Notes: generated from the letters alone by a model not told the origin. Numbered from the stretch's first letter, positions 40,262-52,562 are shown. The stretch: 64,000 bases of DNA from Planctomycetota bacterium (GCA_965222115.1 CBDCTJ010000007.1:1376001-1440000), one strand, 5' to 3'. Program-made: numbers and translations.

Positions 40262-42706
40262 CTACTTGGCCACCCCCGGCACAAGTCCACCGAAAACCGC
40301 GCTCGGCACCCAATGCGTGGCTTCGTCGTAGGCGCGCATGGCCTTCGTACTGGGAGGCAACAGTTCAAATTTGATCCAGCGCCGCATGCCGCGGAGGAGG
40401 TCATAGCATGATTTATTGAGCGCCGCATTGCTGTCGAGTTGCGTAATGATGAGGTCGTAAATGCCATCAATGCCTCGCAACCAATGCGGCCGGCTCGTTG
40501 CGCGAGGTTCGAATGGGGCCAAACGTGCCATGATCGATCCGTTTCCTGAAGAGAGTAGCTGCGACACATCGTTGCGAGCATCAGATTGCGTCCGAGCGAG
40601 GCCTGCCGTCGCGAACCAATACCACAGGCCCTCTCGCCGCTGTGCGCGCGATTGCTCGAGATACGTCGTAATGCGCGGATCGTTTACAGCGCCCAGTCGT
40701 GCAAGCCCGGCGTAACTGCGGTCTGCCAACACCATGGCGGCGGAGACAGTATCGCCCGCACGAAAGTGTTTCCATGCCGCGCGCGAGTCCTTTCGCTCCT
40801 GAATGTGGCGCTCACCCTCTTCGGCCTCGAAGGTCGCGTCTGCGTTGTGCCACAAGAACTCAAGCTCATTCGCCCCGGTAGCGCGAACTACAAGCGCTGT
40901 CAATGCGTCGATCGATCTGGCTTCATCATCGTGATAATGGACACCCTTTATTTCAGGGTCGGGGGCGAGCCTACGGAGTTCTGCGTCGATCGTCTTGTTC
41001 TGTACGTACGTAAGTGATCGACGATGTCGAGACTTCCAGTAGACCGAGCCCTCACCGCGAAACGCCTTGAGCATGACATCTTCATGTCCGGTCACGCCCA
41101 GGCGTGCCAATGCCGCAAGAAGCGAGGGCTTGATCCCTGGCTGCGATTCTAAAAGTGTCGTAATGAGTGCAATCGTTGCGTCGCGATCCCGCACTTCAAG
41201 CAGCGATAGCAATCGGAGCCAATGAACTTCATCGCCGCGGCTCTGTTTCAAGTCAGGTAAGCTTGAGAGTCGCTTTGCAAGTCGTTTGGCACGCTCACGC
41301 GAAAGACTCTCGGGATCCGCATTCACGTGCCACTCAGCGAGTTTACGAATGTGCGTCGTCGATTCGGGGTCCATCGTGTTCCACAGCGCGTCGCTCAACA
41401 TTCGTAGATGATTCGGTGTGATGTTTACGCCAAACATGCGGCGCATAAGTTCTCGCATGCCGGGTGTGAACTGCACAGACGCACGCGATCGCCGATCCAT
41501 CGGCCCATTCAAGATTCGTTTCGCGGCTCGCGTGGCCGATTCCTTGGGCAATGCACGCCACGACATGAGTTCTACAAACGCATTGACGCGAGCCGATCGG
41601 CTGGCATCTTGCTTCTGGTGGCGCTCTAGACGCTCGCGATAGACCTCGGGCTTTCCCAGCAACGCAAGTGCGGTTGCCGCGCACCAACTGCGTTCGTCGC
41701 GGTTCTTTGTCAGCGCCAACACTTGTTCGGCGTCTTCTTTGGAAAGCCTCGCACGATGTCGCATGCTCCATGTGCCGAGGTTCACGATGTGAGAGGCAAA
41801 CGCTCGCGTCGGCGCGTCAAACGCGTCAACGAATGTCCTGAGAAATGGAAGGTCCTTTTCTGCCGGTTGATAACGCATGAGCGCGAGTTGAATCCACGAC
41901 TTTGGCGCAGACACACTCAATGGCTTGTTCTTTGGATCGCCGATATCGAATCCCCGTTTGCGGTCATTCAACGAACGAAAGAGCTCCAGGATCCCCTCCG
42001 GGAGGCCACCGTCGCTGGGCACTTGGGTTCGCGGCGAGACCGAGGCGAGTGTGGGCGGCTTCGTGTTGGCACGTTCCGCACGCAAGCGCTCCAATCCGTA
42101 TAGCAGTCCCACGAGAATCGCATCTTGATGTTTGAACTCGGAGTCGAACTCGCAAACGTCAATGAATGCGTCGAGCAACTGTTCAAACATAGGTGTGGGG
42201 CTTGACGCCAATAGCGGGAGAAGTCCGGCAAGCTGGCGTGGCGTGAGGCAGCTTCGTACTCGCTTGTAGTCGATTCGTTCGCGCTGTTTTTCCGTGGCGG
42301 TAGCGGCTAGCTTAAGGTGTGAAGGAATGTCTTCGGACCGCAACGTGCCATTGGACTTGTCTATGGCCCACCAAGGCGCACGGGAGATAGCCTCCAGCGA
42401 ACCACTGAGCAGTTTCCGCTTGCGCGCCATTCCCTCGGTGTCGAGATTCGGGAAGTCCAGTCCCCGCGCCGCTTGTCTCGCTAGTTTGAGATCCTCGCCC
42501 TCGAAGGCGGCGCGCAGCACGTTTCGCTTGTGGCTTGCGTAAGTCTCTCGGCTACGCCACCACTGGCGAACTTCTTTGTGTTTGGCATGCGCTTCGTCGA
42601 GTAGCGCGCGAAACGTGTCGAGTTCACCTTTGGCGCTGGCCGTGTGAGGCGGCGCCAACAACAGGAGGACAGAAATTAGACCCATTCGCGCAAGGGAGAT
42701 ACGCAT
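40262..42706 (-). CDS. Large secreted helical hypothetical protein
   Basis: Signal peptide (..PHTASA), long Ala/Leu/Arg-rich helical ORF. Confidence 0.7.
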   Translation of the reverse strand: MRISLARMGLISVLLLLAPPHTASAKGELDTFRALLDEAHAKHKEVRQWWRSRETYASHKRNVLRAAFEGEDLKLARQAARGLDFPNLDTEGMARKRKLLSGSLEAISRAPWWAIDKSNGTLRSEDIPSHLKLAATATEKQRERIDYKRVRSCLTPRQLAGLLPLLASSPTPMFEQLLDAFIDVCEFDSEFKHQDAILVGLLYGLERLRAERANTKPPTLASVSPRTQVPSDGGLPEGILELFRSLNDRKRGFDIGDPKNKPLSVSAPKSWIQLALMRYQPAEKDLPFLRTFVDAFDAPTRAFASHIVNLGTWSMRHRARLSKEDAEQVLALTKNRDERSWCAATALALLGKPEVYRERLERHQKQDASRSARVNAFVELMSWRALPKESATRAAKRILNGPMDRRSRASVQFTPGMRELMRRMFGVNITPNHLRMLSDALWNTMDPESTTHIRKLAEWHVNADPESLSRERAKRLAKRLSSLPDLKQSRGDEVHWLRLLSLLEVRDRDATIALITTLLESQPGIKPSLLAALARLGVTGHEDVMLKAFRGEGSVYWKSRHRRSLTYVQNKTIDAELRRLAPDPEIKGVHYHDDEARSIDALTALVVRATGANELEFLWHNADATFEAEEGERHIQERKDSRAAWKHFRAGDTVSAAMVLADRSYAGLARLGAVNDPRITTYLEQSRAQRREGLWYWFATAGLARTQSDARNDVSQLLSSGNGSIMARLAPFEPRATSRPHWLRGIDGIYDLIITQLDSNAALNKSCYDLLRGMRRWIKFELLPPSTKAMRAYDEATHWVPSAVFGGLVPGVAK

Positions 42707-42795
42707 CAGCAAGCTCCGCAATTCAATTGGCCAACGGCGTAGCATACTCGCCCAAGGTGGTGGGAATAAACGCGGCGCGGTATGGTCGCGTCGCG

Positions 42796-43815
42796 ATGTT
42801 GCTCTACGTGCTCCGCCGTCTGGTACTGACGATTCCCCTGCTGCTCGGGGTGTCGTTTCTCGTTTTCGTGGTGGTCACGAGCATTCCCGGTGACCCGTGC
42901 CTGCGGAAGTTGGGCGCCAAGACCAGTCCCGAGGCTTTGGCTGGATGCCGAACGGCGTTGAAGTTGGATCGTCCCTTCCCGGAACGCTACGCCCACTTCG
43001 TTACGAATGCGGCTCAGCTCGACTTTGGCGAAGACCTCGTCACGGGCGAAGACGTAGGACCGGTCATCATGGAGCGCTTGGCGCCCACGGTTGAGTTGAC
43101 GCTCGTGGCGTTGTTTCTTGCCTTCATACTCGGCACCTGGATTGGCACGCGCTCGGCGCTTCGACCGGGCACATGGTTTGATGCATTTGGTCAAGTCGTG
43201 AGCTTGGCGGGCGTTTCAATCCCCGTGTTTTGGTTGGGCCTCATGTTGTCGGCGTGGCTCGGTTCGCGTCTCGGGTGGTTGCCATTCAGTGGTTGGCACG
43301 CCGATCAAATCGGACCCGACGTCAACTATGCGACGGGCTTCTATATGACTGAGTCGCTGTTCCGACTCGAATTGGGCTCGTTCTTTCGTGCGCTCAAACA
43401 CATCGCGCTGCCCGCAATGACGCTGGCGACGATTCCGCTTGCAACCATTACGCGCATGACGCGTTCGTCGGTGCTCGAAGAAGTGGGTCAAGACTATGTA
43501 ACGACAGCGCGCTCCAAGGGACTAAACGAACGGGTGGTGATTGGGCGACACGTTCGGCGCAACGCGTTAATTCCCGTGGTTACCATCACCGGGCTTCAAC
43601 TTGGGTCGCTTCTTTCGGGCGCGGTTCTTACGGAGACCATTTTCAGTTGGCCCGGACTCGGGACACACATGGTGGAAGCGGCCGACGCGCGAAACTATCC
43701 CGTGCTCATTGGCTGCATGATGCTGTTTGTTGTGATTTTCATTCTGGTAAACTTGCTCGTGGACGTGCTCTATCACTGGATCGATCCCCGTATGCGCGCG
43801 GCGAGTGGCGTCTAA
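42796..43815 (+). CDS. dppB: Peptide ABC transporter permease
   Basis: YVLRRL, IPGDP, SIPVFWLG, RMTRSSVLE, DYVTTARSKG, ETIFSWPGLG, IDPRMR. Confidence 0.95.
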   Translation: MLLYVLRRLVLTIPLLLGVSFLVFVVVTSIPGDPCLRKLGAKTSPEALAGCRTALKLDRPFPERYAHFVTNAAQLDFGEDLVTGEDVGPVIMERLAPTVELTLVALFLAFILGTWIGTRSALRPGTWFDAFGQVVSLAGVSIPVFWLGLMLSAWLGSRLGWLPFSGWHADQIGPDVNYATGFYMTESLFRLELGSFFRALKHIALPAMTLATIPLATITRMTRSSVLEEVGQDYVTTARSKGLNERVVIGRHVRRNALIPVVTITGLQLGSLLSGAVLTETIFSWPGLGTHMVEAADARNYPVLIGCMMLFVVIFILVNLLVDVLYHWIDPRMRAASGV

Positions 43816-44701
43816 GGTGGTGGGCGAGGTTCCTACGGGCCGAATTGCACAGTTGTGGCATCGATTCCGTTTGGGCATACGCGCACTTTGCAAGGATCGC
43901 GGTGCGCTCGTCGGTCTCGTGTTGATCGGGCTTGTATTGTTGATGGCCGCTACCGCCGACTTTGCCACCTGGAACCCGAGTCAACTCGACTACGACATCG
44001 ACTTCGCACCCGCTCCGCCTTCCGGAACGCACTTGCTCGGTACCGACGCCGCGGGCTTTGATGTGTGGTCACGACTCTTGCATGGCTCCCGCCTTTCGCT
44101 GCTAACGGGCGTGATGGCGATCGTGCTCGCGCTTTCCATCGGTGTTCCCATGGGTGCGATCAGTGGTTATGCCGGCGGGTGGACCGATAGCATTTTGATG
44201 CGCGCCGTCGACGTCATGTTGGCGTTTCCAAGCGTGGTATTGGCCGTTGGCATCGCCGCGGTCTTGGACAAGCGTGCGATGTCCACATTGATCATATCCG
44301 TCGGTATTGTAAACATTCCGACCATCGCCAGGCAGGTTCGCGCATCGGTATTGCAGGCCAAGAGCCACGAGTATGTGACGGCCGCGAAGGCCATGGGCAT
44401 GTCGCCGCTTCGCATTCTTCGACGCCACGTTTTGCCCAACTGTTTGGCGCCCATCATTGTCTTGAGCACGCTTGGCGTTGGGAGTGCGATTTTGACGGCG
44501 GCGGGATTGAGTTTTCTCGGTCTCGGTCCCGATGCGCGCGTGGCCGAATGGGGCGTCATGCTCACCGACGGCAAACGCTTCATCTCACGACCCGAACAAT
44601 GGGTAATCATTCCGCCGGGCGTTGCCATTGCCATCACGGTTCTCGGGTTCAATCTGGTGGGGGACGGCCTACGACGAGCGTTGGATCCGCGCTCGCGATG
44701 A
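43805..44701 (+). CDS. dppC: Peptide ABC transporter permease
   Basis: HLLGTD, GSRLSL, EYVTAAKAMG, HVLPN, LSFLGLG, GDGLRRALDPR. Confidence 0.95.
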   Translation: MASKVVGEVPTGRIAQLWHRFRLGIRALCKDRGALVGLVLIGLVLLMAATADFATWNPSQLDYDIDFAPAPPSGTHLLGTDAAGFDVWSRLLHGSRLSLLTGVMAIVLALSIGVPMGAISGYAGGWTDSILMRAVDVMLAFPSVVLAVGIAAVLDKRAMSTLIISVGIVNIPTIARQVRASVLQAKSHEYVTAAKAMGMSPLRILRRHVLPNCLAPIIVLSTLGVGSAILTAAGLSFLGLGPDARVAEWGVMLTDGKRFISRPEQWVIIPPGVAIAITVLGFNLVGDGLRRALDPRSR

Positions 44702-44812
44702 GCACGATCGCAATATGACGGTGGCATGACGGAGCAGCGTTCTGCTAGGGGGTTGCGACCCGGCGACGAACGTACGGCGTAGCCCGTGGCTTACGCGGAG
44801 AGACTCGTGAAG

Positions 44813-45427
44813 ATGATGCAGGAAATATCACGGACCAACAAGTGGCGCGCGCCTTTGCTCGCGATGCTCTTGATGATGTCGTGCGTGGCGTGTCAAACGG
44901 CAGACAGTTTCAAAGACGTGGAAAAGGAGCCGGGTCAGCGTTCCGACGGGTTTCCAGCACCGAACCGCGGTGAGGTGTGGGATGCGGCCGTGAGTGTCTT
45001 GCGCACGCAAGGCTATCGGCCCGATCTTTCGGCCTCGTCGAAGGGCGAGGGCGTCGTGCGCAGTGAGTGGTTGCACTCCATGGCGCCGTTCTCACGGTCG
45101 GGTTGGAGGGAGCGCGCTATTGTGCGCATCGTCCCGGCGGGCGAGCGCGACGGCTACTACCGTCTTCAGACCACCGTCACGCGACAAACCAACGACAACA
45201 TCAAGAACCCGAGTGATCGTGAAGATGCGGAGTGGACGCAGGCCAAGCGCAACCCCATGTCCGAGAACCTCATCAATCGTCGCATTGAAATGGAGTTCCT
45301 CTCAGGCGACGTGAGCAACAAATACCGCAAACGCCACGGCATGAAGAGCAAGCGCAGCGATCGACTGAGCGACGTCGAAGAAGACGACGACCTCTACGAA
45401 GAACGCAATAGCGACGAAGATCGGTAG
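44813..45427 (+). CDS. Hypothetical lipoprotein
   Basis: Lipobox-like CVAC; acidic tail. Confidence 0.7.
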   Translation: MMQEISRTNKWRAPLLAMLLMMSCVACQTADSFKDVEKEPGQRSDGFPAPNRGEVWDAAVSVLRTQGYRPDLSASSKGEGVVRSEWLHSMAPFSRSGWRERAIVRIVPAGERDGYYRLQTTVTRQTNDNIKNPSDREDAEWTQAKRNPMSENLINRRIEMEFLSGDVSNKYRKRHGMKSKRSDRLSDVEEDDDLYEERNSDEDR

Positions 45428-45437
45428 CAGTCCTTTG

Positions 45438-46661
45438 CTACCGTGCCGTGTCTGATTCGAGACTGGCGATTACGATTTGTTTTCCGTTGTGCCCGCGAGT
45501 AAACACAAGCGTTGCAGCGCGTGACCCTGACGATGTGTGGCGCTTCTGTAACACATCGGCGCGATCATGAATGCCTTGTTTACGTATCGTGAGGCGGCCA
45601 ACGTCGTGATCGCGGAGCCATTTGCGAATGGCCTTAGGTTGGTGCGGAAGCACGGCGTCGATGCGAAGCCAATGACCCGGCAGTTCGTTGATGGCTTGCT
45701 CGCCTACGAGGTAGCTCGTTTCTCGATGAATGGCGTGAAGGCTGTGAGTAGCCGCTACGTGGCCGACGAGTCCTGCGCGAACTACTGAAATGTCAGGATC
45801 AAGGAGATAGGCGCCAACGTCGGTAGGTCCAGGCATCGGGCGCGGCGTTGTCACTCCTTCCACAAACTTGCCCGAAGGAAGCGTCGTAGCGCGGAGCGGT
45901 GCATGACGTTTCCAATCCCCGATGTACACCCGGCGTTCCCTGGCACGACCGTGTAGTGAAATCCATTCGTTTTGCCTTGCCGACTTCATCGCGCCACACG
46001 CCTGCTCGCTCGGTTGTTCGATGATCGCAAGCTTGAGCATCGACCGTTCGGCGTGTGCAAGCAGCGCGTCCCAAGTTTCGGGGGCAGGCGCGTAGTTTGC
46101 TTTGCGTCGATTGTGATCACCTTCCGCGCGTCGATCCGGATCGATGTATACGTTGTCGCCATACGGTGCGTCGAGGAGACAATCCTGATGACGCACATCG
46201 ATGCGCTCGCTTAAGCCCCAAACAGAAACGTTGTGCCGAAGAATGGACGCGAGGTGCCGGTTCATCTCATAGGCAATGACGCGGTGTCCGCACTTCGCCG
46301 CGGCCCACGCATCAATGCCAAGGCCTGCACAGAGATCGTGAATTGGAGTATCCGAATCGGGCCATTGCTCCGCACGATGCGTTGCGACGTCCCATGCGGT
46401 GGCTTGCTCCAACGCCGTGCGATCAAAGAGCATGTTGTCATTTGGTGTGCACTTCCGCTCGGCTCGCTGCATGAGTTCGTCCTGCTCAACTAGCCACGAC
46501 GTCGCCTCGGCCGACGTTTTCTGCCGCAGCGCCTCCACCCGCCGATGGGGCGGATCGTCACGAAGCGAGCGCGCCAACGCCAGGAGTGCTTGCCCTTCGG
46601 CGCTCGCCAAAAAGTCGATTTTGAGATCTGTGGCGCTCACAAGTGCCGTCCCGTGCCTCAC
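45438..46661 (-). CDS. SAM-dependent methyltransferase with THUMP-like C-terminal domain
   Basis: ALEQAT..VATHRA, DLCAGLGIDA, YIDPDRR, YLLDPD..VVRAGLV. Confidence 0.85.
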   Translation of the reverse strand: MRHGTALVSATDLKIDFLASAEGQALLALARSLRDDPPHRRVEALRQKTSAEATSWLVEQDELMQRAERKCTPNDNMLFDRTALEQATAWDVATHRAEQWPDSDTPIHDLCAGLGIDAWAAAKCGHRVIAYEMNRHLASILRHNVSVWGLSERIDVRHQDCLLDAPYGDNVYIDPDRRAEGDHNRRKANYAPAPETWDALLAHAERSMLKLAIIEQPSEQACGAMKSARQNEWISLHGRARERRVYIGDWKRHAPLRATTLPSGKFVEGVTTPRPMPGPTDVGAYLLDPDISVVRAGLVGHVAATHSLHAIHRETSYLVGEQAINELPGHWLRIDAVLPHQPKAIRKWLRDHDVGRLTIRKQGIHDRADVLQKRHTSSGSRAATLVFTRGHNGKQIVIASLESDTAR

Positions 46662-46756
46662 TTGAGGCTACGTCGCGAACTTTTGAAGCGGAATTTCGTC
46701 CAAGGCCGTCCGGCAGAAACAATCCTCTGGAGCAGCCCTGCCCATCTGACCGATGA

Positions 46757-49228
46757 GTGAATGCCCCCGACAGGAGCAACGTGGAGCCGAACAAGCCCCC
46801 CCCGAGCGATCTCGCCAAGATCCCCACCACGCTACCCGGGATCCGGCTTTCCAGCACCGTGGTGTTTCCCTTCGACGTGGTGTCGGTCGCGCTTGAACGC
46901 GATCGCAGCATTCGCATGATCGAGGCGCACCGCACCGATGCGGCGATTGTTGCCTGCTTTGTTCCCACGTCCGACATCGAAGAAGACGTTGTCGTCACCA
47001 AAGACGATCTCTACGAGGTGGGCGTTGCGTGTCGCGTGATTCATCGCATGCGTATGCCCAATGGCACGATCCAAGTTGTGTTTCAAGGACTTCGTCGCAT
47101 TCGCCTCGTGGATGTTGTTCAGAGTGAGCCGCACCTCGAGTTTCAAGTGAAGGCGTGCCAAGAGCGCGAGCCGCGTGGTGCCGATGTTGATGGTCTGATA
47201 TTCCGCACGATGGAAACGGTTGACAAGGTTGTTGCGGCGGAGGGTAATTATCCCGCCGAGATGACCAACATTCTGCGCATGAATATTGCGGGCGCAGGAC
47301 GTTTTGCCGATCTTGTGGGCGCGCATCTCAATCTGCCGTTGCCTGTGAAGCGGAGAATCTTGTCGGCATCCAATGTTCGTGATCGCCTGCGGTTGGTGGA
47401 AGAGTCGCTGCAAGAAACACTGGCGCGCATGCAAGTGGAGGGCGAAGTATCGGAGAAAGTACGCGCCGACCTGAGTACGCGGCAGCGTGAACATCTTTTG
47501 CGCGCACAGCTTAAGGCCATTCGTGAAGAACTCGGTATCGATGGTGATTCGGAGGCGGAGTTGCTCGAACTTCGCGAGCGCGTCGACGATACGCCGCTCA
47601 CGGAGGAAGCGCGTAAAGCCGTTACGCGCGAGATCGATCGCTTGGCATCGATGCAACCAGCTTCGGCCGAGTACCACGTCGTGCGCACCTACGTGGGCTG
47701 GATTCTGGACTTGCCTTGGGCCACGCCCGAATCCAAGAAGATCGATTTGAAGAAAGCGCGCCGCATTTTGGATCGCGACCATCACGGTCTTGAGGATGTG
47801 AAAGAACGCATTCTCGAGTTCTTGGCGGTTCAAACGCTGCGGGAAGATCCCAAGACGCCGGTGCTTTGTTTGGTTGGTCCGCCTGGCGTAGGCAAGACGA
47901 GTTTGGGTCGCAGCGTTGCCGAGGCGATGGGACGCGAGTTTGTGCGCTTTAGTGTGGGCGGTATGCGCGATGAGGCGGAGATCCGCGGTCATCGACGAAC
48001 GTATGTGGGCGCCATGCCCGGAAAGATCATTCAGGCTATCAAACGTGCCGGCGTTCGTGATCCGGTGTTCATGTTGGACGAGATCGACAAGATGGGCTCC
48101 GACGCGCGAGGTGATCCTTCGAGTGCCATGCTTGAAGTCCTCGACCCGTCGCAGAATGACACGTTTGGCGACCATTACTTAGATACAGCGTTTGACTTGT
48201 CGCGCGTGTTCTTCCTCTGCACCGCGAATGTGTTGGAGGCGATTCCTGGGCCGCTGCGTGACCGCATGGAGATCGTGCGTCTTGCGGGTTATACGCGCTT
48301 GGAAAAGATGCAGATCGCGCGCAAGCATATTCTTCCGCAAGTCTTGGAAGAAAATGGACTCACGTCCAAGCAGTTGGTGTTTACCGACAAAGGACTGCGC
48401 GCGCTCATCGACGGCTACACCCGTGAGGCGGGCGTGCGTGAACTGCGTCGGCAAATGAGTCGCGTTTGTCGTCAGCGAGCACTCGATGTGGCGCGTGCCG
48501 AAAACGGCGAAGTTAAGCGTCAACAGGTAGACGACAAGCGACTGGAATCGATTCTTGGACCGCGCCGCTTCGACGATACGCACCGCGCCGACGAGGCACA
48601 GGTGGGCGTAACCGCGGGACTCGCGTGGACGCCCGTGGGCGGCGACCTGTTGTTTTTCGAGGCCACGCTCGTACCCGGCAAGGGACGTTTGCAGGTCACG
48701 GGGCAACTCGGGGATGTCATGAAGGAAAGCGCAACGGCCGCACTTACCTACATACGTAGCATCTCGACGGATCTAGAAATCAACCCGGCTGCATTTGAGA
48801 GCTTCGACATTCACCTGCATGTGCCCGACGGCGCAACGCCAAAGGATGGACCAAGCGCTGGCGTAACGATTGCTGCGTGTCTCGCGAGCTTACTCACCGG
48901 AAAGCCGGCGCGTGCCGACATTGCCATGACCGGCGAGATCACAATCAAGGGACGCGTCTTGGCGGTGGGGGGCATCAAGGAGAAGGTCCTCGCGGCGCAC
49001 CGGGCGGGCATGCGACTTGTGCTGTTGCCCGACGCCAACCGCAAAGACCTACACGAAATTCCCGAGGACATTCGCGAAGCGACCGAAATTCGTTTCACGA
49101 GAACTGCCCGCGAAAACATCGAGGCGGCGCTGCTGCCCATCTTCTTGCCGAATGGCAACAGCACCGATCTCCCCGATACCTTTCCCGACCAACCCGGCGC
49201 TCCCCCCGACCAACCACGCGCCAGATAA
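46757..49228 (+). CDS. lon: ATP-dependent protease La
   Basis: [41 protein letters not shown]. Confidence 0.97.
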   Translation: MNAPDRSNVEPNKPPPSDLAKIPTTLPGIRLSSTVVFPFDVVSVALERDRSIRMIEAHRTDAAIVACFVPTSDIEEDVVVTKDDLYEVGVACRVIHRMRMPNGTIQVVFQGLRRIRLVDVVQSEPHLEFQVKACQEREPRGADVDGLIFRTMETVDKVVAAEGNYPAEMTNILRMNIAGAGRFADLVGAHLNLPLPVKRRILSASNVRDRLRLVEESLQETLARMQVEGEVSEKVRADLSTRQREHLLRAQLKAIREELGIDGDSEAELLELRERVDDTPLTEEARKAVTREIDRLASMQPASAEYHVVRTYVGWILDLPWATPESKKIDLKKARRILDRDHHGLEDVKERILEFLAVQTLREDPKTPVLCLVGPPGVGKTSLGRSVAEAMGREFVRFSVGGMRDEAEIRGHRRTYVGAMPGKIIQAIKRAGVRDPVFMLDEIDKMGSDARGDPSSAMLEVLDPSQNDTFGDHYLDTAFDLSRVFFLCTANVLEAIPGPLRDRMEIVRLAGYTRLEKMQIARKHILPQVLEENGLTSKQLVFTDKGLRALIDGYTREAGVRELRRQMSRVCRQRALDVARAENGEVKRQQVDDKRLESILGPRRFDDTHRADEAQVGVTAGLAWTPVGGDLLFFEATLVPGKGRLQVTGQLGDVMKESATAALTYIRSISTDLEINPAAFESFDIHLHVPDGATPKDGPSAGVTIAACLASLLTGKPARADIAMTGEITIKGRVLAVGGIKEKVLAAHRAGMRLVLLPDANRKDLHEIPEDIREATEIRFTRTARENIEAALLPIFLPNGNSTDLPDTFPDQPGAPPDQPRAR

Positions 49229-49363
49229 ACCAGGTATTTTTGGCGCGTCGCGCGATGCGACCGGGCCGCAGAGCGCGAGCCACTGCCGTGTGCGCCACAA
49301 AAGCCAGGCTTTTGTGGCGCATCGAGGATCCGTGCGCCGCAGATACCAGGTAATTTTGGCGCG

Positions 49364-51763
49364 TTACTTGTCGTTGGTGGTTTTGGGGGAGTCGGGTGCT
49401 TTGAGGACGCCGGCGAGGACCTCGAGGCCGCGCATGGCTACACGGCGGACGTCGGGATCGGGGTCGCTGGTGCTCATGATGGCGAGTCGGGGTAAGGCTT
49501 CCTTGGCGCCCATGCCCACGAGAGCAAGGACCGCCGCGCGGCGCTTCCCCGCATCTTCGGCGTCGAGCATCTCGAAGAGCTGTTTGGTAGTCTCCTCATC
49601 GACGTCGTTCATCATGCGCTTTGCTGCTGCGAGTCGTTGCCGATGCTCTTTAATCAGGTCTATCACGCTGCCCGCGTCGTTTGTGTACTGCGTGTACTCA
49701 TAGGCGTAGATGAGATAGGGTAGCGACGCAGGGTGCTTCGTCTTCCGCGCGGCATCGATCAGCGCGTCGTGTAGATCCGACCTGGGATCGATCTTGCCAT
49801 TGGCGGCGAGAGCCCACGCATCGGACAGTGATTTAATGTCTCCGCGCTTGCCTAGTGCCCGAAGGGCGGGCGGTGCCCAGCGGCTCTCGCGATGGGCCGC
49901 GAGTCGCCGCAGGAGTTCGAGTGACGAATCCACGGTCATCTCGCCCAACGCGCGAGTCAAGTAGCGCTCACGCCCCTCGAAGTCATCGCGCGACTTGATC
50001 CATGACTCGAAGGTCACAACGGCTCGGTCGTTATCGGCCGCCGCCAGTGCCTGAATGAGATTCGTTGCTTGTTCGAGGTTGAGCGTGGGCACGGTCTCTT
50101 CAATACGTTTGATCATGAGCAGATCGCGCTGTCGACACGCGGTCCGGTAGAGATTGGCGTGTTGGGTAGAAGGGAATTCGATACCTTCCAGTGACACAAT
50201 CTCGCCCCACGAAATCTTTGTTTCGAGCGCTCTGTGAACATTGGCCAAGTAGTAGATGAATTCCACCGCCACGGGACGCCATCGAAGTGGCAATGCCTTC
50301 AATCGTTGGATCACTCGTGTTGCAATACCATCGTGCATGGACAAATTGACGATCGCGGGTCGTACCTCGCCTCCATGGTACCGCGTCATGTAGTTATCGA
50401 GCCATGCGTCATCCCCGACGAGTTCCGCGGGAATCGTGTCTCGGTTACCGAGCCGTTGACGAAGCTTTGTTGCCAAATCACTCGAACGTGTGCTTGTCCG
50501 GCTTCGCTTAGGTACTGGACGTGTTGCGAGATCGAGTGGTACGGCAGCGCGCCAAAGCAAAACACGATTGTTGTGAAACGCTTCGCCACCCGCGTCAATG
50601 ATAGCTTCGAGCAACTTCCAGACCCGGTGGGTAACTCGCCTGTCGCTGCTCGAAAGATCGTCTTGCAACGCGCGAAGCATTACCTGTAAGTCATCATGAG
50701 ACATTGTCTGCAGCGGGTTAAGGCGTGAGTTGGTGTTGTCGAGCAGGGTGCGAGCGGCCCACGTTGCGCGCGCGGGGTCCTTGCTTCGTACGATCGTGAG
50801 GCAGGCTTCGAAGGCCGGGGCATGCTCGCTTTGCAACGCGACTTCCAATGCAAGATCCGAATAGGGGCCTTGTGCTTGAACAATGCCCATCAACGCATCT
50901 CTATTTCGCAGTGAATAGATAAAGAACGTCCGCCAAAATTCTCGTGAAGTCTTCGTGGACGTATCGGGAACAACACGCTTTGCCCAGGCGAATAGCTGGT
51001 CAACGTTTCCCGTGTAGTACTTGGGGAGCGCGCTCAACATATGCTCCGCCGCTTGCTTGTCGCCTGAGGCTAAGATCGACTCCACGTGCGTGAGGACGGA
51101 TTCTCCTTCTTCTGAAACCAAGTGCTTGGCGGCTGCGGCGGCGATGTCACCGGGCGTGTCCAAAACGACTTTGGCAAGCACACTGCGTACGGCTTCGGTC
51201 CGACGTGGTAGGCGTTTTGCGACGGCCTGTTCGAACGTTCGCTTTTTTTCACGCTCGAGTGTACGGAATGAGACCGTGTCCATGGGTGCATATAGTTCAC
51301 GGATCTTTGATTCCAGCGGACTCATAGCAGCGTTCGACCCGCTCTTGCTGGCGACGCCAACTGCCATGCCGATCGACGTCCTCACGACGTCACCGGGCGT
51401 CAGAGTGAGGCCGAGTAGGCGGAAGAGGCGCGTTTTGTCTTGGGGGGACAGAACGCTGGCTTGCTTCTGGGCGATCTCTATCAAGACGGCCTTCGCATCA
51501 TTCGTATGGCCTGCGAGCACGATGGACTCGGCGACGTTCAAGAACGCGCCTGCCCATTGCTTGTTGCTCGCATACTTGTCTTGCGCTTTGCGCAAGGCAG
51601 CTACCACTTCGCTGGGTTGACCATCCACACGAAGTAGCGTTTCCATCTTGCGGACGAAGGCCTCGGGTGTGGCCTCGTCGGCGTTGGCATGCGGTGCGAG
51701 GGCCGACCACAACAGCGTGCCCGTGAGTGCGGCGACTAGGAGGGGACGTATGAGAGGATTCAT
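49364..51763 (-). CDS. Secreted HEAT-repeat protein
   Basis: AAGGAG RBS, signal peptide ending ANA, C-terminal HEAT-like [18 protein letters not shown]. Confidence 0.75.
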   Translation of the reverse strand: MNPLIRPLLVAALTGTLLWSALAPHANADEATPEAFVRKMETLLRVDGQPSEVVAALRKAQDKYASNKQWAGAFLNVAESIVLAGHTNDAKAVLIEIAQKQASVLSPQDKTRLFRLLGLTLTPGDVVRTSIGMAVGVASKSGSNAAMSPLESKIRELYAPMDTVSFRTLEREKKRTFEQAVAKRLPRRTEAVRSVLAKVVLDTPGDIAAAAAKHLVSEEGESVLTHVESILASGDKQAAEHMLSALPKYYTGNVDQLFAWAKRVVPDTSTKTSREFWRTFFIYSLRNRDALMGIVQAQGPYSDLALEVALQSEHAPAFEACLTIVRSKDPARATWAARTLLDNTNSRLNPLQTMSHDDLQVMLRALQDDLSSSDRRVTHRVWKLLEAIIDAGGEAFHNNRVLLWRAAVPLDLATRPVPKRSRTSTRSSDLATKLRQRLGNRDTIPAELVGDDAWLDNYMTRYHGGEVRPAIVNLSMHDGIATRVIQRLKALPLRWRPVAVEFIYYLANVHRALETKISWGEIVSLEGIEFPSTQHANLYRTACRQRDLLMIKRIEETVPTLNLEQATNLIQALAAADNDRAVVTFESWIKSRDDFEGRERYLTRALGEMTVDSSLELLRRLAAHRESRWAPPALRALGKRGDIKSLSDAWALAANGKIDPRSDLHDALIDAARKTKHPASLPYLIYAYEYTQYTNDAGSVIDLIKEHRQRLAAAKRMMNDVDEETTKQLFEMLDAEDAGKRRAAVLALVGMGAKEALPRLAIMSTSDPDPDVRRVAMRGLEVLAGVLKAPDSPKTTNDK

Positions 51764-51831
51764 GATGGGCTCCTTGTTCAGTGGGTTACGCCCAAAACAA
51801 TGACGCCGATTCATCGCGAGTTGCGATCACG

Positions 51832-51862
51832 GTGTCAACTGGATGTATCTAAGTTGTCAAAT
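51832..51862. promoter_or_regulatory. Putative OmpR/PhoB-type binding site (11-bp periodic TGTCA)
   Basis: TGTCA 51833, TGTAT 51844, TGTCA 51855, upstream of the HEAT gene. Confidence 0.45.
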
Positions 51863-52562
51863 CTCGGAGGATCTCGAAGGTGCCGTCCGGCGGGTCGAAG
51901 CGATAGCCCACGCCGTGCGCGGTGTGTATGAATGTGGGGCCCGCATCGCCGATCTTTTCGCGTACACGTGCCACGTGCATATCGACCGTGCGCGTAGATG
52001 GATAGCGGTCCACACCCCACACCGTATCGAGAAACGTGTCGCGCGAGACGACGCGCCCCTTCTCGGCGATAAGCAACTTTAGGACACCCACTTCCATCTT
52101 CGTGAGCGGATGAACCGTGCCGTCGCGTCGTACGGTCATCGCCGCGAGATCCACAACGGCGTTGCCAATGCGAGCTTGTTCGGGCGCGTCCGGTACATTC
52201 GACCGTAGCCGAGCTCGAACGCGGGCCATTAGCTCCTTGAGCGAAAACGGCTTCACCAAATAGTCGTCGGCGCCGAGATCAAGTCCGGTCACGCGATCTT
52301 CTTCGCGTCCGCGTGCCGTGAGCATCAAGATCTGCGCTTTGTTGCCTTCGCTTGTAAGGCGTTTGCAGATCTCATAGCCATCCATGCTCGGCAACATGAG
52401 GTCAAGCACGATTAACGCGAACGTCTTGGTGCGCGCACGATCCAGTGCCTGACGACCGTCGCTGATGCGTTCCACCGCATAGCCCTCTCGTTCCAAGGCA
52501 TCGCCCACCACCAGGGCCAAGCTCTCGTCGTCTTCGACCAACAGAAGTTCTGGCTTGCTCAT
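51849..52562 (-). CDS. OmpR/PhoB-family response regulator
   Basis: LLVEDD, LDLMLP, GADDYLVKPF, winged-helix RTVDMHVARVR..GVGYRF. Confidence 0.96.
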   Translation of the reverse strand: MSKPELLLVEDDESLALVVGDALEREGYAVERISDGRQALDRARTKTFALIVLDLMLPSMDGYEICKRLTSEGNKAQILMLTARGREEDRVTGLDLGADDYLVKPFSLKELMARVRARLRSNVPDAPEQARIGNAVVDLAAMTVRRDGTVHPLTKMEVGVLKLLIAEKGRVVSRDTFLDTVWGVDRYPSTRTVDMHVARVREKIGDAGPTFIHTAHGVGYRFDPPDGTFEILRDLTT

